A DNA stretch of 41,896 nt from Bacilli bacterium (lineage in GTDB: Bacteria > Bacillota_I > Bacilli_A > RF39 > UBA660), in contig JAGHJJ010000085.1 in the NCBI GenBank assembly GCA_017886705.1, forward strand, positions 1 through 41,896, given 5' to 3'. How positions within the stretch are numbered: position 1 is the first letter of the stretch; every line of letters starts with the position of its first letter. The translations under genes were made by a program, and so were the position numbers. Of the stretch, positions 8,276 to 16,997 are shown in pieces. Below the pieces are notes generated by a model. The model saw nothing but the letters and a program-made list of their open reading frames with translations. It was not told where the DNA came from and searched no databases.

Positions 8276-11200
8276 ATGTTGCAAAAAGTTAAAGAATGGT
8301 GGTTTTATGATAAAAAGGCAAATAAAATACTCATTGTTTTTTCCGCTTTTTTGATTGCTTTTTCTATCTTTTTAGGATGTGCTATTGGTTCTAGTATGGC
8401 TGCTAATGTGCCAAAAAAATTAATAACTACTCGAGAAGATTTTGAATCAGGTGCGACTGTTGGTTTAATTACTGGTATTTATTTATCAGGAAAATTTCTT
8501 GCTACGGATACTACAACAGGGACGCAATATGTAATGTATTGTTTAGAAAAAGAAAAAGAGTGGTATGTTGATAGTGAAATGACAAATAATAATGAAAGTT
8601 TGGATGCAGGGTATGCGTATATTATTAAAAACGGATATCCTAATAAGGAGTTTACTAAAAATAGTGATTATGATTTTTATTTAACGCAAGTTGCAATATG
8701 GTGGTATCAAGATCGTATTGCAGGAGTAGATGATACGGAAGATGGCATTTTGACTGCTGCTCAAAAACAAGAAATAAAGACAGGACAATATTCAGCTATT
8801 TTCGTTCCTTTGGTAGATAAGGCTGTTGATATTACTAATAACTATCGTAAAATTGAACCTAAGTTTTCAGTTTCGACAAGTAGTTTTAAATTGGATTCTA
8901 CAGGGAAATATTTAGAAACTAGTTATATTTCTGTCACTGCTAATGTAGATTTTACAAGTTATAGTGTAGCGCTAGATATGGCTGGTGCTCAAGTAATTAA
9001 CGAACAAGGATTGACAACCCAGGGTTCAATTCCAAGTAATCAGAAATTTAAAATACGAATACCAGTCAGTAGTTTATCATCAAGTGATTTGGATTTAAAA
9101 GTATCAGTAATTTTAGATTATGAAGTGGATACTGCGTATCAATTTCATCCACCTGCAGATCAACAAGATATGCAAAAGGCTGTACCTTCTTTGGTAATGG
9201 CAATGTCAAAACAGTATACTGCTTCTACAACTGTAAGAATTCCAACGGGAAGTATTACAATAGAAAAAGTAAACGCAACAACAGATGCTCCTTTAGCTGG
9301 CGCAAAAATAGAATTAGTTAGAAATAGTGATAATCAAGTTATAGAAACTTTCACAACTACAACAACTGCCAAAACAATTTCTGGATTATTACCAGGAAAA
9401 TACACAATATGTGAAATCGACGCTCCTGCTGGATTTGTGGCATCTTCAAATAGTCCATCAGTTACACTAAATACAACAAATATGAATCAAACAGTACGTC
9501 TGGAAAACACACCATTAGATTTTAAAATTCGTAAAATAGATGAAGAAACAAAGCAACCAGTAGCCGGAGCAGAAATTGTAATTTTAAATGAAGATAGTGA
9601 GGAAGTATTCCGCTTTACATCAACCAGTGGTTATACAGATATACCAGCATTAGAAGTAGGAAAATATACAGCCGTAGAAGAAAAAGCTCCCTCTGGATAT
9701 TATCTAAACAAAACACCGGTATCGTTTGAAATAAAAGATACAGATACATCTAAATCAATTGATGTACCAAACAAAAAGAATGAAATAGAAATATTAAAAA
9801 CAGATGCTGATACGGGTAGTCCTTTAGCAGGTGCAAAATTAAGAGTAGTAAATACAGCAAATAATGAAACAGTAGAAGAGTGGACAACAACTACAACAGC
9901 TCATGTAATTAGAGGACTTGCAGCAGGAAATTACAGAGTAGAAGAAGTAAGTGCCCCATCAGGATATGTCTTAAATACCAATTCTATGTCATTTACGGTC
10001 TCAAATACGCAAACAGAAAAAATCACAATAACATTCCCTAACACGAAGAGCCAAATCATGATTTCTAAAGTAAATGAAGCAGGAGAATTAATTGCTGGCG
10101 CAAAGCTTGCAATCTATAATTCATCCAACCAGAAAGTGCAAGAATTTACATCTAAAACAACACCAACAATTATCGATAAACTAGCAGCAGGTAATTATAC
10201 ATTGCGTGAAGAACAAGCTCCATCTGGCTATACGCTAAATACAGAACCAGTACCATTCGAAGTAACAGATAGCGCAATAAATTTGCAAATTTCTATGAAA
10301 AACGTTCAAAACGAAATTTTAATTGGTAAAGTAGACGCTGATACAAAAGCTTATATCTCAGGAGCAGAGCTAAGGTTAGTAAGTGAATCAGGAGCAGAAA
10401 TTCGCAAATGGACAAGTACGAACTCTCTATATTCCATTAAGGGTCTAGCAGCAGGTACATACTACTTAGAAGAAACGAAAGCCCCTACTGGATATATTAG
10501 AAATACGGAGCGTATAGAGATCGTAGTAAATGAAAATACTACAACCGTAACTTATACTATGGAGAATCAAAGTATTTCAGTTCGTATTGGAAAAATTGAC
10601 AAAGACACTAAACAACTAGTAGCTGGTGCAACCTTAGAACTTTTAGATGAAAATAGAGATGTTATATCTACTTGGCAAACATCAACTGATTATCAATTAT
10701 TTAATGATTTAAAAGAAGGAAAATACTATGTAAGAGAAAAAACAGCTCCAGCTGGTTACATCTTGAATAATGAAACAGTAGAATTTACAATAGATGCAAC
10801 TCACACATCATTCGTAGTAGAACTAGAAAATGAACAAACAACGGTTAAATTAGGAAAAATTGATGCACAAACAGGTGATTATCTTCCAGGTGCAACATTA
10901 CAATTATCTCGTGAAGATGGCAGTATGGATCCAATTACTTTCGTAAGTGAAGATAAAGCCACTGAGTTTAAAGGTCTAGCTAGCGGAAGTTATGTTCTAG
11001 AAGAAATAAGTGCTCCAGCTGGTTATATCGAAACAAATTCTAAAATTACTTTTGAAGTAGATTCTACTGGAAAGGCAAAAAATATTTCCTTAAAGAGCGA
11101 TTATATTACAGTATCAGTCCAGGATAAAAAACTACAAATAGATACCAAAGGCGTAGCTGGATATGAATTCGAATTACTTAACGCTAATGGAGAATTACTA

Positions 11201-11752
11201 GATACTTATGAGGTAGGGGAAGAAGTATTCACATCTAATGCTCTAGAAAATGGTAATTACTTATTAAAACAGACAAAAGTTCCAGAAGGAATGGTATTAA
11301 ACTCTAATTTATATTCTTTCACAATTTCTGATACGCAAACTTCAGATGTAGTATATTTTGCCAATGATTATATTCGTGTAAATTTTGAAAAAAAAGAAAT
11401 GATAGGTGGTAAAAATCTAGCAGGGGCTCATTTCATTTTACGGAATGAACAAGGTGATATTGTAGAAGAGTGGACATCGACTGATACTGCAAAAACAATT
11501 GAAAAATTAACTCCAGGTCAATACACATTAAGTGAAGTACAAGCACCGGATGGTTATGTTTTAAATAAATCAGCACTTACATTCGAAGTAGCGAAGACAG
11601 GGGATATTCAAGTTGTTACCATGTTTGATGCTTTAGAAGTAAAAGTTCCTAACACATCACAAAATTCTTTATTATATCTATTTATAGGTACAATTACTAT
11701 CATGACAGGTTTAAGTATCTTTGGATATACTTACTATAAAAAGAAAGCCTAA
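8276..11752 (+). CDS. Sortase-anchored surface adhesin: thioester domain plus 9 SpaA/CnaB-type repeats (paralog of 5642..8083)
   Basis: YCLEKEKEWY, TQVAIW, MQK; nine ~86-aa repeats; VPNTS-TM-KKKA. Confidence 0.88.
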   Translation: MLQKVKEWWFYDKKANKILIVFSAFLIAFSIFLGCAIGSSMAANVPKKLITTREDFESGATVGLITGIYLSGKFLATDTTTGTQYVMYCLEKEKEWYVDSEMTNNNESLDAGYAYIIKNGYPNKEFTKNSDYDFYLTQVAIWWYQDRIAGVDDTEDGILTAAQKQEIKTGQYSAIFVPLVDKAVDITNNYRKIEPKFSVSTSSFKLDSTGKYLETSYISVTANVDFTSYSVALDMAGAQVINEQGLTTQGSIPSNQKFKIRIPVSSLSSSDLDLKVSVILDYEVDTAYQFHPPADQQDMQKAVPSLVMAMSKQYTASTTVRIPTGSITIEKVNATTDAPLAGAKIELVRNSDNQVIETFTTTTTAKTISGLLPGKYTICEIDAPAGFVASSNSPSVTLNTTNMNQTVRLENTPLDFKIRKIDEETKQPVAGAEIVILNEDSEEVFRFTSTSGYTDIPALEVGKYTAVEEKAPSGYYLNKTPVSFEIKDTDTSKSIDVPNKKNEIEILKTDADTGSPLAGAKLRVVNTANNETVEEWTTTTTAHVIRGLAAGNYRVEEVSAPSGYVLNTNSMSFTVSNTQTEKITITFPNTKSQIMISKVNEAGELIAGAKLAIYNSSNQKVQEFTSKTTPTIIDKLAAGNYTLREEQAPSGYTLNTEPVPFEVTDSAINLQISMKNVQNEILIGKVDADTKAYISGAELRLVSESGAEIRKWTSTNSLYSIKGLAAGTYYLEETKAPTGYIRNTERIEIVVNENTTTVTYTMENQSISVRIGKIDKDTKQLVAGATLELLDENRDVISTWQTSTDYQLFNDLKEGKYYVREKTAPAGYILNNETVEFTIDATHTSFVVELENEQTTVKLGKIDAQTGDYLPGATLQLSREDGSMDPITFVSEDKATEFKGLASGSYVLEEISAPAGYIETNSKITFEVDSTGKAKNISLKSDYITVSVQDKKLQIDTKGVAGYEFELLNANGELLDTYEVGEEVFTSNALENGNYLLKQTKVPEGMVLNSNLYSFTISDTQTSDVVYFANDYIRVNFEKKEMIGGKNLAGAHFILRNEQGDIVEEWTSTDTAKTIEKLTPGQYTLSEVQAPDGYVLNKSALTFEVAKTGDIQVVTMFDALEVKVPNTSQNSLLYLFIGTITIMTGLSIFGYTYYKKKA

Positions 11753-11759
11753 TAAATAA

Positions 11760-12332
11760 ATGAGTAGATTATGCTTTCTATATGGAACTGTTCATGCTGG
11801 AAAAACAAAAAGTGCTTATGCAATAAAAAATCGTTTTTGGAAATATCATCTATCTACCATGATTATGGCTCCAACGACCACACATCAAGATGATATTTCT
11901 AATTACGACTATTTAATCGGAAAAGAGGAAAATATATTCTTAACAATAAAAAGACAATTTAACTCTCATCGATTAATATTAATAGACGATGCACACCTAC
12001 TGAATGAAGTACAAGTTGATCAACTACTACAAGTAGCAATTTCACAAAATATAGCCATTATCTGTTTTGGGTTAAGAACAGATTTTCGTACTGGTGAATT
12101 TCCTGGTGCCAAACGACTATTAGAAATAGCTCAAGTAGTAAAAGAAATACCTACGAAGTGTACCTGTGGTAATAAAGCATTATTTAATGTAAGAAAAGAA
12201 AATGGTAAAACCACATTTTCAGGAACACAAATAAAAAAGGGACAAATAATTACTTATGAAGCATTATGTCCCAAGTGTTATTATCATAAAGTAATGCAAT
12301 ATAAAAAACTAAAAGAAAGTGGAATATTATAA
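11760..12332 (+). CDS. tdk: Thymidine kinase family protein (divergent)
   Basis: GTVHAGKT P-loop, LIDDAH (canonical IDEAQ), GLRTDFR..FPGA, CTC...CPKC Zn site. Confidence 0.8.
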   Translation: MSRLCFLYGTVHAGKTKSAYAIKNRFWKYHLSTMIMAPTTTHQDDISNYDYLIGKEENIFLTIKRQFNSHRLILIDDAHLLNEVQVDQLLQVAISQNIAIICFGLRTDFRTGEFPGAKRLLEIAQVVKEIPTKCTCGNKALFNVRKENGKTTFSGTQIKKGQIITYEALCPKCYYHKVMQYKKLKESGIL

Positions 12333-12354
12333 AGCAAGCTTTAAGCTTGTTTTT
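12331..12354 (+). terminator. Rho-independent terminator
   Basis: CAAGCTT-T-AAGCTTG stem plus T tract. Confidence 0.7.
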
Positions 12355-12385
12355 ATATTACAATTACTGGTAGGAGGATGTAAGT

Positions 12386-12751
12386 ATGTATAACATAGAA
12401 GTATTTGAGCAATTAATAAAATCTAATTTATTTTCTTGTTTGTAATCATTAAATTTTAGTGGTATAGAGTCAAGTTTAATTCAAGGATATTTTATGAATC
12501 ATAAAAGAAAACAAGAAGCTCATACTTTTCCAATTTATATAGGAAACGATGGAAATTATTGTTTGTTAGACTATACATTGAAACAGCAAAGGAAAAATAT
12601 TTTACCTGGAGACATTAATTTTGAAGATGGATTTAGTTTTGAAAATCCAGTATTATTAACATATTCAGACGGTCATAAAGAAGAAGCATCACTTATCTAT
12701 AAAATATCTCCTCAGAAATTAATGACATCAGCAAAAGGAATAGGGAAATAA
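12386..12751 (+). pseudogene. Hypothetical gene interrupted by in-frame TAA (12443..12445)
   Basis: Strong RBS AGGAGG precedes ATG 12386, which is in frame with track ORF 12494..12751; a single stop separates them. Confidence 0.65.
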
Positions 12752-12932
12752 AGGATTCAAAATTAATATAAATTATATGATTTTAGTTAATACCTGAATT
12801 AACAATTTCAACCATTATTTGAGTTAGAATAACTGTTTTACCGCTTCTTCTCATTCCATATATTATTTTTATTAAGGATTTAGTATGATAAAAAGCCCGA
12901 GTTTTAGATAAATATTTTTCTCTAATCAACAT
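12752..12932 (-). pseudogene. N-terminal remnant of AAA_14/DUF4143-type ATP-binding protein
   Basis: Reads MLIREKYLSKTRAFYHTKSLIKIIYGMRRSGKTVILTQIMVEIVNSGIN*NHIIYINFES: Walker A GxRRxGK and IYINFE motifs, an internal stop, then truncation. Confidence 0.8.
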
Positions 12933-12997
12933 CAAAATTACCTCATTTACAGTATACTATTATATGTAATTTTCATATGTTTTTAATCATATTAAAA

Positions 12998-13038
12998 CTC
13001 GAACAATAGAAGTTTGAGTACTAATTAATCTGGTACCG
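12998..13038 (-). repeat. att-like site A (CGGTACCA-N12-CTCAAAC...GTTCGAG on minus strand)
   Basis: Same ACCA-12 nt-CTCRAA architecture as the sites at 14000..14043 and 36406..36477. Confidence 0.55.
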
Positions 13039-13116
13039 TTGAGAATGTTATCTACAACTTTTACTAAAGGTAATTGATATTAGAATCAATAACTAAATAT
13101 ATTTTAATAAAAGAAG

Positions 13117-13147
13117 AAAAATAGCAACTACATATAGTGCTGTTTTT
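13117..13147 (-). terminator. Terminator of 13146..13832
   Basis: AAAAATAGCAACTA-CATA-TAGTGCTGTTTTT bulged hairpin with A/T tracts on both sides. Confidence 0.6.
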
Positions 13148-13832
13148 ATCGTGTCATTCTTTTTTTATAAACATGACCTTGTGCGTCATCATTTGATTCG
13201 AGGCTTTGAATTTTTCTATTAATTTTATTTAATAATTCATTATCCGAACTATTTGATTGTTGCATTAATTCATCTAGTTGAGTTTTTATTTTTCTCTTTT
13301 TATCGATTTCATTCTTTACTGCATAAGGAATATATGGCAAAATAATACATTTGCCATCCTCTGTTATTTCTGAAACTTGACCTGTATTTTCATCATAAGC
13401 ATATTCTAAAAAAGGTCTTGCTACTTGCTTTTTAGACTTTTCCAATAAAGCTATTAAGTAACCAGGATTTAGATTGTTTTTTTTACAACAATCATCTATA
13501 TTAATTGATTCAGAAATAATTAGATATGCTAAATTAGACTCGAAAATTTCTAACTCATGAACACTATTTTCTAATTCTTGATGTTTCATTTCTAATTTTG
13601 ATGCAATATTAATTTTCTTTTCTACTTTAAAAAAATGCGCAATCGATAAAACCGAAGACATTCTACTATATTTTCTTTTTGCTTTTCTTAAATTAACCTG
13701 AAGGTCATTTAATCTACTATTATTAAATTCTTCAATATTTTTGTTTAAGAAATATCTTTGAGCCAATTCGCTATTTGTTAAAAGATTGAGAAAATGATTA
13801 TTTTTTTTAATCCTAATATACATATAAATCAA
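13146..13832 (-). CDS. Orphan hypothetical protein (coiled-coil-rich), cassette cargo
   Basis: 228-aa ORF, RBS AGGGAG before TTG, own terminator; no recognisable motif. Confidence 0.7.
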   Translation of the reverse strand: MIYMYIRIKKNNHFLNLLTNSELAQRYFLNKNIEEFNNSRLNDLQVNLRKAKRKYSRMSSVLSIAHFFKVEKKINIASKLEMKHQELENSVHELEIFESNLAYLIISESINIDDCCKKNNLNPGYLIALLEKSKKQVARPFLEYAYDENTGQVSEITEDGKCIILPYIPYAVKNEIDKKRKIKTQLDELMQQSNSSDNELLNKINRKIQSLESNDDAQGHVYKKRMTR

Positions 13833-13999
13833 TCTCCCTTTTTTGTATATTTTATATTGACATTTACACCATATTATAAGTAATTACAGTATACATTGTC
13901 AATATCATTGTATTCTTTGAAATTTATATTTGATGAAAGACATAAATCATAAACATCAACCTTTCTTCTAGGTTGATTCCTATATCAAAAGTTTGTGCT

Positions 14000-14043
14000 T
14001 TTTGAGCAGATTTCCCTATGGTGCCAAAAGACAGAATTGAACT
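14000..14043 (-). repeat. att-like site D: copy of tRNA-Thr 3' end plus N12-CTCAAAA
   Basis: 14019..14043 matches the reverse complement of 35696..35720 at 24/25 nt. Confidence 0.8.
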
Positions 14044-14091
14044 ATACAAGTAACATAGGAGATATCTTTTTAAAAAAATATTAAAAAGATG

Positions 14092-14127
14092 TTGACAAAT
14101 ATATTAGTTATTAATATAATGTTAATA
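14092..14127 (+). promoter_or_regulatory. Consensus SigA promoter overlapped by palindromic operator (probable NrtR box)
   Basis: TTGACA-17-TATAAT; GTTATTAA-TATAATG-TTAATAAC palindrome centred on the -10. Confidence 0.85.
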
Positions 14128-14163
14128 ACAAGTGAAGAAACTTGTGATTTTAATACTATATGA

Positions 14164-14182
14164 TATTAATAAAATATTAATA
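14164..14182 (+). promoter_or_regulatory. Second operator TATTAA-N7-TTAATA before pncA RBS
   Basis: TATTAA TAAAATA TTAATA directly before AGAGGAG. Confidence 0.7.
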
Positions 14183-14197
14183 AGAGGAGAGAAAAAT

Positions 14198-14791
14198 ATG
14201 AATAAAATTAAAAAATTAGAAGTTTATGAAAGTATGTTAATTATTGTTGATATAGTAAATGGTTTTGTAGAGGAGGGAAGTCTACATGATAAAAAAATAG
14301 GAAGAATAATTCCAAGACAAATTGAACTAATTAAAGAAGCACATGCTAAAGGTTCACTAGTTATCTTTGTAAAAGATGCTCATAATGAAGACGCAGTAGA
14401 ATTTAGACGTTTTGGCAATACGAAACATTGCGTAAAGGGAACGAAAGAAGCAGAGCTTGTAGATCAGTTAAAGCCTTTTGAGGAAATGGATGATACGATT
14501 TCAGTCGAAAAGAATAGTACAAGTTTTATGGAATCCCCTGATTTTAGAACGGTTGCAGCTAGTGCGAATAACATTAAAAAAGTAGAATTAGCCGGTTGCT
14601 GTACAGATATTTGTGTTTTTAATGGAGCGATGGGACTTGCTAATTACTATGACCAGTGGAATCGAGCAGTAGATATAACGGCACATGAAGATGCTATCGC
14701 AACATTTGATGAAGAACACCGTCGTGAATATGTACAATCAGCGAAACTACTTATGAGGCTACAAGGAATAAACATAGTAAGTAAGAAATGA
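14198..14791 (+). CDS. pncA: Nicotinamidase (isochorismatase/cysteine hydrolase family)
   Basis: VDIVNGF, DAH, HCV, EK, GCCTDICV catalytic and metal motifs; upstream of pncB. Start at ATG 14198 after RBS. Confidence 0.85.
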   Translation: MNKIKKLEVYESMLIIVDIVNGFVEEGSLHDKKIGRIIPRQIELIKEAHAKGSLVIFVKDAHNEDAVEFRRFGNTKHCVKGTKEAELVDQLKPFEEMDDTISVEKNSTSFMESPDFRTVAASANNIKKVELAGCCTDICVFNGAMGLANYYDQWNRAVDITAHEDAIATFDEEHRREYVQSAKLLMRLQGINIVSKK

Positions 14792-14813
14792 TAATTATTT
14801 TTTTAAAACAAGA

Positions 14814-14832
14814 TATTAACAAAAGATTAAAA
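14814..14832 (+). promoter_or_regulatory. Operator copy before pncB
   Basis: TATTAA CAAAAGA TTAAAA immediately before RBS AAGGAG. Confidence 0.6.
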
Positions 14833-14849
14833 AGAAAAGGAGAATAACT

Positions 14850-16322
14850 ATGTATAATAAAACATTAATGACAGATTTTTATGAGTTAACAATGGCCGGG
14901 ACATATTTCAATGAAGGAAAGAAAGAGGAGCAAGTATATTTTGATATTTTCTTTCGTAAGAATCCTTTTGAAGGTGGATACACAATCAGTGGAGGATTAG
15001 ATGAGACTATAAATTATATTAAAAACTTCTATTTTGGAAAAGAAGAGTTAGATTACTTAAGAAAATTAGGAAAATTCAACGAAGATTTTTTAAATTATTT
15101 AAGTACTTTAAAATTTGAAGGAGATATTTATGCTGTACCTGATGGAACAGTAGTATTTCCAAATGAACCAGTATTAACAGTAAAAGCCGATGCCGTAACA
15201 GCTCAAATATTAGAAACAGCATTACTTGCTAATTTCAATCATGGATCTTTAGTAACAACAGCAGCAAAAAGAATTACGAATGAAGCCAAAGGTATTCCAG
15301 TAATGGAGTTTGGAGCAAGACGTGCTAGAGGAATTGATTCCGCAATAGAAGCAAGTAAATGTGCATATATCGGAGGATGTGTAGGAACATCTAATACTTA
15401 TGCCGGTATGAAATATGATATCCCCGTCATGGGAACTATGGCTCACTCATTGGTAACAGAAAGTGAAGATGAATATGATGCCTTTTTAAAATATGCAAAA
15501 AGTAATCCTGATAACTGTGTCTTCCTAGTTGATACATACGATACTTTACATAGTGGTATTCCTAATGCCATCAGAGTCGCAAATGAATACCTAACACCAA
15601 ATGGATATCCCTTTAAAGGAATACGAATTGATAGTGGAGACTTAGCATATTTATCAAAAGAAGCAAGAAAAATGTTAGATGAAGCAGGATATAAGGATAC
15701 AGGAATTTGTTTATCAAACGGATTAAATGAGTATACGATCAGAGATTTAATTACCCAAGGAGCAAAGATTAATTCGATTGGTGCCGGAGATAACATTGCT
15801 GCTCCTAAAGAAAGAGTAGGAGGAGTTTATAAACTAGTAGCAGTAGAGGAAAATAAGGAAGCTAAACCAAGAATTAAAGTAAGTAATGACAGTATTAAAA
15901 CAATTAATCCTGGATATAAAAAGGTATATCGCTTCTATGACAAAGATACTGGATATGCGCTAGGAGATGTTATTACATTAAATGAAGAAGAAATTAGTAA
16001 AAATCACTATACACTAGTTCATCCAGTAGAGACATGGAAGAGGACAGAATTAGAAAATTATAATGTAAGAAGTCTATTAGTACCAGTATTTAAAAATGGA
16101 GAATTAGTATACCAAGATCCAAGTTTACAAGAAAAACAAGAATATTGTGAAAAAGAATTTGAAACACTATATCCAGAAGTAACAAGAATTGATAAGCCTC
16201 ATGAATATTACGTAGACTTATCAGACAAATTAAGAACCCTAAAACAAGAACTAATTGAATTTCATCAAAATGAAATAGCTGAAAAAGGAAAGGAATACGC
16301 CAAATGTGCAAAGAGAAGTTAG
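14850..16322 (+). CDS. pncB: Nicotinate phosphoribosyltransferase
   Basis: TDFYELTM, FFRKNPF, EFGARRA, GTMAHS, LVDTYD, RIDSGDL, GGVYKLV. Confidence 0.95.
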   Translation: MYNKTLMTDFYELTMAGTYFNEGKKEEQVYFDIFFRKNPFEGGYTISGGLDETINYIKNFYFGKEELDYLRKLGKFNEDFLNYLSTLKFEGDIYAVPDGTVVFPNEPVLTVKADAVTAQILETALLANFNHGSLVTTAAKRITNEAKGIPVMEFGARRARGIDSAIEASKCAYIGGCVGTSNTYAGMKYDIPVMGTMAHSLVTESEDEYDAFLKYAKSNPDNCVFLVDTYDTLHSGIPNAIRVANEYLTPNGYPFKGIRIDSGDLAYLSKEARKMLDEAGYKDTGICLSNGLNEYTIRDLITQGAKINSIGAGDNIAAPKERVGGVYKLVAVEENKEAKPRIKVSNDSIKTINPGYKKVYRFYDKDTGYALGDVITLNEEEISKNHYTLVHPVETWKRTELENYNVRSLLVPVFKNGELVYQDPSLQEKQEYCEKEFETLYPEVTRIDKPHEYYVDLSDKLRTLKQELIEFHQNEIAEKGKEYAKCAKRS

Positions 16323-16939
16323 AAGAATTAAATGACTATATAAAGGAATTACAGACTATTACAAAAGAAAGAAAAAAGGAAGAATTTATATATCAAGGAA
16401 CAGAACCCGTTCAAAGAAAAGGATTCATTAATGTAGAAAGTTATAATTGTAAACTACAAAATGGAATAATAATACCAAGAGAAAAAATAGTAAAAGGTAC
16501 AAACGATGGTAATGCCGCAATTATCTTACCAATCACAAAAGAAGGGAATACTTTATTAGTAGTACAACCAAGAGTATTTACAAAAGAAACAGTATGTGTA
16601 GAGTTGCCTGCTGGATATTTAGAAAAAGATGAAGATCCATTAACTGCAGGAAAAAGAGAATTAGAAGAAGAAACAGGATACGTTCCAGAAGAAATGAGAC
16701 TACTAGCTAGCTTTTATCAAGATCAAGGATGTAGTGCAGCTTATAATCATAGTATGTTAGCACTAGGTTGTAAAAAAATAAAAGAACAAAACTTAGATAA
16801 AGATGAAATCATTCGTTATTTTGAATGTAGTTTTGACGAAGCTGTAGAATTAGTAGAACGTGGATATATCACAGATATTCAATCTCAATTTACAATAGAA
16901 AAAGCAAAGTCATACGTATATCAAAAAATAAAAAAGTAA
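16304..16939 (+). CDS. Nudix hydrolase, ADP-ribose pyrophosphatase (NudF-like)
   Basis: ELPAG...E.P..A.KRELEEETGY Nudix box; LDKDE motif; NAD-cluster context. Confidence 0.85.
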   Translation: MCKEKLEELNDYIKELQTITKERKKEEFIYQGTEPVQRKGFINVESYNCKLQNGIIIPREKIVKGTNDGNAAIILPITKEGNTLLVVQPRVFTKETVCVELPAGYLEKDEDPLTAGKRELEEETGYVPEEMRLLASFYQDQGCSAAYNHSMLALGCKKIKEQNLDKDEIIRYFECSFDEAVELVERGYITDIQSQFTIEKAKSYVYQKIKK

Positions 16940-16997
16940 CATGAAATTTAGTAAAAAAGAAAAAATTTTGATACACTATAAAAAAGGAGTGATACAA

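Noticed and set aside
11441-11443. Possible CGG or AGG codon reassignment as reported in some uncultured Bacilli
   Set aside because: CGG here aligns with AGA (Arg) in the paralogous adhesin; AGG occurs at expected Arg positions (prs RQHKR, radical SAM TRRC); the tRNA keeps A20.
5642-11752. Repetitive DNA as CRISPR array or DGR template
   Set aside because: Repeats are diverged in-frame protein domains; no constant repeat-spacer pattern, and no cas or reverse transcriptase gene in the window.
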